Source: Planctomycetota bacterium (GTDB lineage: Bacteria > Planctomycetota > Planctomycetia > JALXBF01). From it: a DNA stretch of 20,000 bases. The DNA lies in assembly GCA_026991575.1 (NCBI GenBank), contig JALXBF010000027.1, positions 59,759 through 79,758 of the forward strand. Reading direction: 5' to 3'. The notes below the pieces were generated by a model, which worked only from the letters and a program-made list of their open reading frames with translations, was not told the DNA's origin and made no database searches. Positions 1-6,815 of this stretch are shown in pieces. The stretch's first letter is position 1. The number at the start of each line of letters is the position of its first letter. A program made the position numbers and the translations under genes.

Positions 1-458
1 AGCGTGGATTGCTGCCGGTCGTGCCGTGGCCAGGCTCCTCTGCCGCGCCGCCGCCCCGTTACGCCCTCGGAGCTGCGGGCATGTCTTTTCGGGTACGCTT
101 CAGATACGGTTGTCAGTGTGGCGCATGCCTGTTCTCTCCGACACCTGCATCACTCTTTGCTCAGCGCACCTGACTATCAGCTTGTCATCCTCAGGACCGA
201 CGGACCGGACTGTAACCGGAAGCTACTCGGGGCGAGGGCACCATTGCGGTTGTACAGACGGTCGGTGCCAGGCTGCGACCATCTTCCATAGTTGGACAGG
301 GCCAGTCTTGGGGGTATTGTGTGCGCAACCCTTGTTGCGGCTAATGGTTGCGCTAGGGACAAGCAGTCGCAGCCGTAGTAGAACCGGCCGAAAGGTGGAG
401 GCTATGCACGTGGCTATGGACCGCCGGCTACAATCCGCCGCCAGCGTCGGCCAGTACG

Positions 459-470
459 GTAACCGTTCAC
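459..470. repeat. IS66-family (ISBst12-like) terminal inverted repeat, right end (GTAACCGTTCAC)
   Basis: GTAACCGTTCAC lies just downstream of the minus-strand transposase C-terminus. IS66 ends begin with GTAA (recalled family knowledge). No partner repeat was seen at the other end. Confidence 0.6.
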
Positions 471-589
471 GGGGCGCAGACTGGTGGCGCGGGGCGAGGA
501 TGGAGGTGAGTTTAAGGGGTGTCGGTAATGCTTGATGCGTGTTGGTGGTGCTAGATAGAGGACGAGTTGCATGCGTCACGCAGCAGGTT

Positions 590-1460
590 CGGGTAGAAGC
601 CGTTGGAGGTCGTCTTCCTTGGCGGTAGGCAATCAGTGATTCTCTGAAGAAGGTCCGGATGGAGCGTCCGATCTGTCGGCACGTCTTGGCGATGCTCAGC
701 AGCCGTTCTGTGTAGCGACCACCAGATTCGGTGTCGTTGCCGAAGCTGATCTTCCGCCAGATCACCGGTGACCGCAGTGCCCGCTCGGCCGCAGTCTTGG
801 TCGGCTCAACGCCCTCGTGGTGCAAAAAACGCCCACAACGACGGCTCGTGCCGCAGGAGGAAGCGGCAGGTCGCCGCGGTCTTCGGACACTTCAGCCGTG
901 CCCCCTGCTGAAGCAGTTCTCTGATCCACCACCGTGCGTGCTTCAGGATCGAGTCCCGCATCGTGGCACGCGTGATCTCCCCACGACACATCCGAGCATG
1001 CTGCAAGAACGCAAAGTCCAGATTGTCCAGCAGAAGCGCCCCGATCCATGCACTCCTCCCTCCCCCGTTCCAGCATCGCCTTCGCCTGCCCCTGCACGTG
1101 CGCCAGGCACAGCTGACGACGATGGCGATCCAGCCAGCCGTATGCCGAATACCCGTCCGTGTGCACGATCGCCCGTGTTTCCGGCCCCAAAGCTGGTTCG
1201 CCATCGCCTGCAATCGGCTCCGACGGATCAGGTAGTACGTCACTCTATCCGTCGCCCCCACCCATAGCTATGTCCCGTTCTTCTCCACTCGCCAACTCCT
1301 CTCGTCGGCATGCACCGCCGACGTCGACCGCACCTCCTGGCCAATCTCCACATATGGCTCCGCCAGCGCTTCCGCTGCCTTCTGCACACTCGATGACAGC
1401 CGTCCCCGCGAGATCCTCACCCCAAACGCCCCCTGCAACAGACACTGGATCGGCACACCC
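590..1460 (-). pseudogene. IS66-family DDE transposase pseudogene (several frameshifts, N-terminally truncated)
   Basis: Consecutive minus-strand fragments in different frames carry IS66 motifs: FGVRISRG...VHADERSW (1268-1456), VHTDGYSAY...RRQLCLAHV (762-1190), LLRHEPSLWAFF (806-1261), GVEPTKTAAERALRSPVIWRKISFG...RLLSIAKTCRQIGRS (223-825). Confidence 0.9.
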
Positions 1461-1471
1461 GCATGGCTCTA

Positions 1472-1500
1472 TTGACATGGCAGCAGGAGGCGTCTATGCT
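1472..1500 (+). promoter_or_regulatory. Sigma70-type promoter TTGACA-N17-TATGCT for the three-gene operon
   Basis: Perfect -35 TTGACA (1472-1477), 17-nt spacer, -10 TATGCT (1495-1500), about 40 nt upstream of ATG 1540. Confidence 0.65.
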
Positions 1501-1539
1501 ATGGCTGGTTCTGTCTTGGACCTGGATGGCGTTGTAGGC

Positions 1540-2943
1540 ATGCGGTCAAGCTGGGATAGGGTAGCAGTCGTCGGTCTTCTTGGCACGTTCTTGACCGCGT
1601 TCTGTACTGCTGCGCGAGGCAGTGGCGCGCGCGAGACCGCAGATGCAATTTTGGAGCGCTACGGGCCCGATGCAGCAATCACGTACTTGTATGCGGTCTT
1701 GCGTGAGAATCCTGCTAACCTGACGCCGCTGCGGCACCTCGTCGATATAGCGTGCAGTACAGCTGACGTCGCTACCAGGCGGCGCGCCGATGCGATTGTT
1801 CGGGAAATAGCTCGTCGGGTAGCGGTGGAGGACGTGGAGGAGTGTTACCGGCTGCTGGAGCGCCTGTGGCGCGATGGGGCGGAGGGACAGCGCTCAGACG
1901 AGACGCCCGTCCCAGTCGAAGAGTTGCTCCGGGCCGTCCGGCAATTGACACGCCCTGGCGACGCGGATAACCCCGACGCTCCCCCCTGGTCAGACATCGA
2001 GGCAGTTCAGTTCCGGCTATCTCAAGTTCGCATCGTCCTTTCGGGAGATATCTCCGATCAGGAACTGCGGTCGCGCTTGGCTGCAGCGGAGCGAACGCTG
2101 GAGCGCGCCCTGGCAGCGGCGACTGGGCTGACAGAGGCACGGCGCGTCCTCGCGGCGATGCGGGAGGCGGTGGGTACCGGGAAGGCCACAAGGACGTGGT
2201 TAGTCCAGAAAGACATTGAACTAACCCTTGCTCTCAAGCCCCTCCTGGATGCCGGTGATGATAGCTGTCCCGGGGCCGTCCGTTTGGCAATGGAACTTAT
2301 GAGAAACTCCGAACAGCTCCTGGAACAGGCCCAACGTCGAGATGAGTCCGAACAGCTGGCACGGCTCACCGACAAAGTGGCGCGCCTACTGGAAGCCCTA
2401 CCACCGGTTGACTCAGAGCCACGCTGCGCCTGCCCTGTGGCGCGTTGGTGGCAGGGGTCGGTCAGGCCCATCAACCGAGGTAGAATCTGCTTCCCCGGCA
2501 TTCCCAATCCCCCTGGGCCTGCTACTCGACAACTCTGGTCCGTGATGCGGGTCCGCAACTTAGTGCGTCGCAAGTTGACGGGATCTCTGCAGAGCCCGGA
2601 GACACTCGCCGAAGCGTCCAGGTTGTTGAGACAGCTCGATGATCGGATCGAGCTCTTGCGACGGTGGCGCCGCGAGCGATACCGCCTGTGGGCCCTGCAC
2701 GCGCTGGGAAAAGCCCTTCAGAGATGGGCGGCGGACAGAAACTGGACCAACACCGACGCTGAAGCCCTGTGGAAGCACTACTACCTGGACAGGGTCATCG
2801 TACCTGTTGCTGGAGAACACTTTTCCGAGACGTTCTATTGGCTACGTGATCGCTGGATACTGGACGAAGTGGACGCGAACACGAGCGCGAGAATTCGGCT
2901 CATGTTCGCGATCCGACCTCCCGTGACACTTGAGCACTTTTGA
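1540..2943 (+). CDS. Hypothetical exported or membrane-anchored helical protein (signal peptide, TPR-like segment, coiled coil, conserved C-terminal DRNWT domain); paralog of the next gene
   Basis: Part of ORF 1159..2943, whose upstream part is antisense to the IS remnant. Start placed at ATG 1540 (MRSSWDRVAVVGLLGTFLTAFCTAARG, signal-like) downstream of the promoter; ATG 1501 is an alternative. TPR-like AAITYLYAVLRENPAN. C-terminus aligns by eye with the next protein. Confidence 0.75.
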   Translation: MRSSWDRVAVVGLLGTFLTAFCTAARGSGARETADAILERYGPDAAITYLYAVLRENPANLTPLRHLVDIACSTADVATRRRADAIVREIARRVAVEDVEECYRLLERLWRDGAEGQRSDETPVPVEELLRAVRQLTRPGDADNPDAPPWSDIEAVQFRLSQVRIVLSGDISDQELRSRLAAAERTLERALAAATGLTEARRVLAAMREAVGTGKATRTWLVQKDIELTLALKPLLDAGDDSCPGAVRLAMELMRNSEQLLEQAQRRDESEQLARLTDKVARLLEALPPVDSEPRCACPVARWWQGSVRPINRGRICFPGIPNPPGPATRQLWSVMRVRNLVRRKLTGSLQSPETLAEASRLLRQLDDRIELLRRWRRERYRLWALHALGKALQRWAADRNWTNTDAEALWKHYYLDRVIVPVAGEHFSETFYWLRDRWILDEVDANTSARIRLMFAIRPPVTLEHF

Positions 2944-2953
2944 GGGGCTCACG

Positions 2954-4531
2954 ATGTACGGGACACGCGCACGGTCTGCGGCGTTAGCAACGCTTGTCGT
3001 CGGGATAGTCGCGATCGCGAGCGCGTACTGGCTGGGCGGAGAGACGTCCGAGCACGACCAAGAATCGGCCGCAACGGGCGCCAACGGTTCTGCCAGCGCG
3101 CCAACACAGGCGGCACAAGCGAAGCAACCTAGGGTAGAGAGCAGCAGGAAGTCTGCGAGATCGCAACCCGATGCCACAACAGCCACGGCATCCGCACGGA
3201 AGCGCCAACAAGGCAGCACTGCCCAGCACCGAGAAACTGCCGATCGTGGGCACGACATGGCTGGGCCCACTTCGGAACACATCGATGCAGCCCTGCACCA
3301 TGCCCGCCGGGCCGCCGAAGCAAAGAACTGGGAACTCGCACTGCTTTATGCCGCGAACGCTCTAACAAGAGACCCGAACCACAGTGAGACTTACTCGGTA
3401 ATCCGGGAGGTGGCGGAGCAGTCAGGGGACAGCGCGGTTGTGACTCGGTGCATTGGCCTTCTGGCCAGCGCGGCAAACGTGGCTCACCCGGACCGGGTCC
3501 GGCCCCTGCTCGATGAAATCGCCCGCCTCCAAGAGTTGGCCAGCTCGGTTACTCAGCAAGTCGATGCGAACCGCTTCAAGCCCGAGCAACTGGTTCAGCT
3601 GTTGAACGAGATTGACCGAGGTGTGCGTAGCGCTCCCCAACAACCCGAACGGATTAGGGAGTGGCGAGACCAGCTCACGGAACTCCTTGCCCTCGCACAG
3701 GCGGCCGGTGAGGTCGAAGAAGAACCAATCGAGCGCGGCACAAAACAGCTCGAAGAGCTAGCAGTTCTGGAGGGAATCGCCGCTGCTATTCAATCCGCTG
3801 ACATGCTCATCCGGCAACTCAAAGCACACGTACAGCGTGGCACCCCAGAGCGGGCAGTCGTCTCCCGGTACGCTTTCTTGATCAGCACGCAGCTGGATAC
3901 CGCCCTGGTCAGCACGCACCTCCCCGAGACCTGGCGCAAGGCTGTGGAGCAGAGGCACAAAGACCTCAACGATCTCCTTCACCGTGCAGAATCTATCTGG
4001 TCGGCCCAGTACTTGCAACGGATGCGCGAGGCGTTGAAGCCAGCTATGGAGCAGGCACGCCAGGCCTTGCGAGCGCCCGTCGTCGGTCCGGTTCGCAAGA
4101 GAGGACGCCTCACCCTGGCTCTGGACCGCCTTCAAGCTGAGACAACGCGTGTTCAAATTGCTATTCTCCCGCATATCAAAGACCCGAACGCGTCGCTGGA
4201 AGCAACCAAGTTGATGCGCGAAGCCGCGCAGCTTGCACGGCAGCTTGAGCTGGCGCGTCTCGATCGCTATGTCTCCTGGGCCTGCTCTGTCCTGGAGCGC
4301 GCGTTGACGCGCTACGCAGAGGATCGGAACTGGACCGATGACGATGCGAAGCAGCTGGCCACCCACTACGGCTTGCGCGACATCAATCCCTCGTACTTGC
4401 CACCTGAGGCAGCTCGCGCGCTCAGCTGGCTACTGGACAACGCGATCTATCAGGAGCTGTCCGTGGCGGATGCTGCTAAGTTTCGTATGTATTTTGCCAG
4501 TAGTCGCCCGGTTCCGCTGGAGGCTTTCTAA
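2954..4531 (+). CDS. Hypothetical membrane-anchored TPR/coiled-coil protein with conserved C-terminal DRNWT domain
   Basis: ATG 2954 preceded by GAGGGG. N-terminal hydrophobic helix (ALATLVVGIVAIASAYWLGG), low-complexity A/S/T/Q linker, TPR-like AKNWELALLYAANALTRDPNH, long helical region. Confidence 0.85.
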   Translation: MYGTRARSAALATLVVGIVAIASAYWLGGETSEHDQESAATGANGSASAPTQAAQAKQPRVESSRKSARSQPDATTATASARKRQQGSTAQHRETADRGHDMAGPTSEHIDAALHHARRAAEAKNWELALLYAANALTRDPNHSETYSVIREVAEQSGDSAVVTRCIGLLASAANVAHPDRVRPLLDEIARLQELASSVTQQVDANRFKPEQLVQLLNEIDRGVRSAPQQPERIREWRDQLTELLALAQAAGEVEEEPIERGTKQLEELAVLEGIAAAIQSADMLIRQLKAHVQRGTPERAVVSRYAFLISTQLDTALVSTHLPETWRKAVEQRHKDLNDLLHRAESIWSAQYLQRMREALKPAMEQARQALRAPVVGPVRKRGRLTLALDRLQAETTRVQIAILPHIKDPNASLEATKLMREAAQLARQLELARLDRYVSWACSVLERALTRYAEDRNWTDDDAKQLATHYGLRDINPSYLPPEAARALSWLLDNAIYQELSVADAAKFRMYFASSRPVPLEAF

Positions 4532-6282
4532 TGAAGGCTCCACTCAGCATTTTCCTGCGACTAAGCCTAGGACTGGCCACTGCGTGGTGCCCACTTCTGG
4601 CGCAAGCCCAGCAGTCCGAGGATGAACGCGAGGCGTACGAGGCCCGCCAACTACCGATTGCCGCCGCTGCAGCCGTTGCCCTCGACCGCTCCGAGCTCGT
4701 CATCCTACACCGCGGTCTCAGCGGCAATGCACTAAAGGGGGAAATCGGCGAGGCGGTCGCCACCATGCCGGCGGTCCGTCGCAGGCTGGTTGGTGGGAAC
4801 TCGTTCCTGCAGATCACAAAACTCGGCCCCGGAAGTGCAAATCAGGCGGGACTCGACGCCCTCCTGCTGCAACAGGACCCCAGCGGCAGACCGGTCGGTG
4901 CAACGGTCTTGGAGGCCAAATTTGGTCGCGGCCGCCTACGGCCGGGCCAGCTCACCGATGCCTGGGTGCGCCCAAGGGCCTCTGCGCTTGCGGATGACCT
5001 TGCCGATGCAGCTCGCGCACTAAAAGCCGGGGCAGTTCGTCGCCGCCCAATCCCGATGGGAGCTACACGTACGGAGATCCTGCTGAACTACAAAGGGAAA
5101 AACATTCGCTTGGTACAACCGAAAGGGAGCAAGGATTGGTTCATCGCCGGCGCCCGTGACGTTCCCGTCGAGGAAGTGGCTGAAATCCTAACGCGCAACG
5201 CCCGGTACCTTCGCGACACATCGGTCAGCTTTCGCAAGATCCTGGTGGAGGTATTCATGAGCGGAGAGGACCGGATCAGTCTTCACCTGAAGGAAGTCTT
5301 CGATTGGGGACCAGGGGGGATGCGAACGGTTTCGCTAGGCAGGATAGCGCTGCAGCCAAGTGCTGTTGGAGCCCGCATCCGTGGCCGCATCGCCGAACTT
5401 CTGCAGCACCGCTACGGGTTGCCGATCAAGGAGGCCCGCGTCTATGCCGACAGCTTACTGAGGAGTGTTGGCCTGAAAGAGCTGTTGTCGTCTCGATGGT
5501 CATGGCGGCTAGCTGCGCGAACACTCTCGTTTGCCGTCCTGCCGGTGGTCATGGACGTCGGCGTACCGCTGTACGAGGCAGTCGCCGGCCACATCGATTG
5601 GACGGTCTTCGCGGCATATGCCGCAACAGCAACGGCTACCGCCGCTGTGGCACTTGCTGGTTCTGTCTTGACACAGCGTCTTATTTTGGAAACGCAGGTT
5701 GGAAGACGCATGGTTGAACACGTTGCAGCAAGAATCGGCCAGCAATCGGCGATGTGGCTGAGCAAATTTGCCGTGGGTGGCGTGCTGGCTGTCGTGGCCT
5801 ACAGCTACATTGGTGCCTTGCTGGGCATCCACACCATTGAAGAGGCACACCTCTTGGCGGCCACTAGCACCGCGGGAATCCTAGTCGGCAGCCTGGCGGC
5901 AACGCTATTGTACAACCTCGCGCTCTCGTATGGCGTGGCCAGCACCGGGACGGCAATCGCGGCTCTGTCGGGCGCAGCCGCGCACAGCGCAGCTCTGGCG
6001 TGGCTTGGAGGGGGTGCCGTGGCCGCAGGGGGGTTTGGCGTCTTTGGCGGCGCGCTTATCCTGACGGGAGTGGGAGCGTTAGCGGCTCTCGCTACGCAAT
6101 TCGCGGTGCACTTCGCTTGGAACACCTACGTCCGCACGTGGGACGCCCAGCGTTGGGCAGCCTTTGTTAAGAGTCTGTCAGAGGACGGTAACCGCGGAAT
6201 GGCCGTGCTTCGGATGCTTTCGGAACGAGCCGGGACGCGCGTCGAAAGGACAGCGCCTACTCCTCCGGTCAGCCGACAATAG
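4531..6282 (+). CDS. Signal-peptide protein with PD-(D/E)xK nuclease-like domain and C-terminal multi-TM glycine-zipper (pore-former-like) region
   Basis: Coupled to the upstream gene by a TAATG overlap. Signal-like N-terminus ending LAQA. Motifs GEIGE, GLD, EAKFG, GQLTDAWV. Several hydrophobic helices and ASTGTAIAALSGAAAHSAALAWLGGGAVAAGGFG. Confidence 0.8.
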   Translation: MKAPLSIFLRLSLGLATAWCPLLAQAQQSEDEREAYEARQLPIAAAAAVALDRSELVILHRGLSGNALKGEIGEAVATMPAVRRRLVGGNSFLQITKLGPGSANQAGLDALLLQQDPSGRPVGATVLEAKFGRGRLRPGQLTDAWVRPRASALADDLADAARALKAGAVRRRPIPMGATRTEILLNYKGKNIRLVQPKGSKDWFIAGARDVPVEEVAEILTRNARYLRDTSVSFRKILVEVFMSGEDRISLHLKEVFDWGPGGMRTVSLGRIALQPSAVGARIRGRIAELLQHRYGLPIKEARVYADSLLRSVGLKELLSSRWSWRLAARTLSFAVLPVVMDVGVPLYEAVAGHIDWTVFAAYAATATATAAVALAGSVLTQRLILETQVGRRMVEHVAARIGQQSAMWLSKFAVGGVLAVVAYSYIGALLGIHTIEEAHLLAATSTAGILVGSLAATLLYNLALSYGVASTGTAIAALSGAAAHSAALAWLGGGAVAAGGFGVFGGALILTGVGALAALATQFAVHFAWNTYVRTWDAQRWAAFVKSLSEDGNRGMAVLRMLSERAGTRVERTAPTPPVSRQ

Positions 6283-6815
6283 ATCCCACACCCAACCACG
6301 GCGACTACGGGTCCATCCGCGCCCCTCGTGCCCTTGATTCCGTTGGGATCGCCGATAGCAACAGCTAGGCGTTCCGGTCTGAAGCACCCCGGCGACCGAG
6401 CCGCCGGGCAAACGGCAAAGAGTCCGGCCATGCAGTCTTCGGATGCATCGCTCCCACCAGACGATCCGGCACAAACACGGGCGTGCGGCGATCTCCAGCG
6501 CCGAAAGCCAGCAAGACCACCCCGCCGCCCGCGGTGCGTCGAAAAGGTACGCTCCCCTGGCCAGCGCAACTCCAAGGCCAGTGCTGGTGCAGACAGGGTA
6601 GCTGACTGGATAAGCGGCAGGACGTAGTCTGGACGGATCGAAACGTTCGGACTGACTCAGTAAGCGTGAAGAACCCCGGGCTCCGGGCTGGCCGTTCCGA
6701 GAATCGTCGGCGCCTGCAGCTGCGAAAGCTCTGGTGACCTTTGGCAGGTGAGCGCCGGATCCTCGTGCGTCTTCGGCGCTCGTCAGATGGCAGCTGGGGT
6801 ATCCGCGGCGAGTAG

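Larger units (their letters stand above)
459..1465 (-). mobile_element. Truncated, degenerate IS66-family insertion sequence remnant
   Basis: Transposase fragments plus one terminal repeat. The 5' part of the element (N-terminal coding region and left end) is missing. Confidence 0.8.

Noticed and set aside
1..458. Short ORFs at the window start (4..291, 26..535)
   Set aside because: No RBS, motif or compositional support.
1159..1539. N-terminal extension of the 594-aa ORF
   Set aside because: The Pro/Ser-rich sequence is mostly the antisense of the IS66 remnant and spans the predicted promoter.
6403..6432. c-di-GMP-I riboswitch-like GGGCAAAC...GCAAAG
   Set aside because: Lacks the intervening GNRA-capped stem and is not upstream of a gene.
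6283..6815. CRISPR array downstream of the cas operon (GGATCGAAAC at about 6635-6644 resembles a repeat 3' end)
   Set aside because: Single occurrence with no regularly spaced direct repeats.
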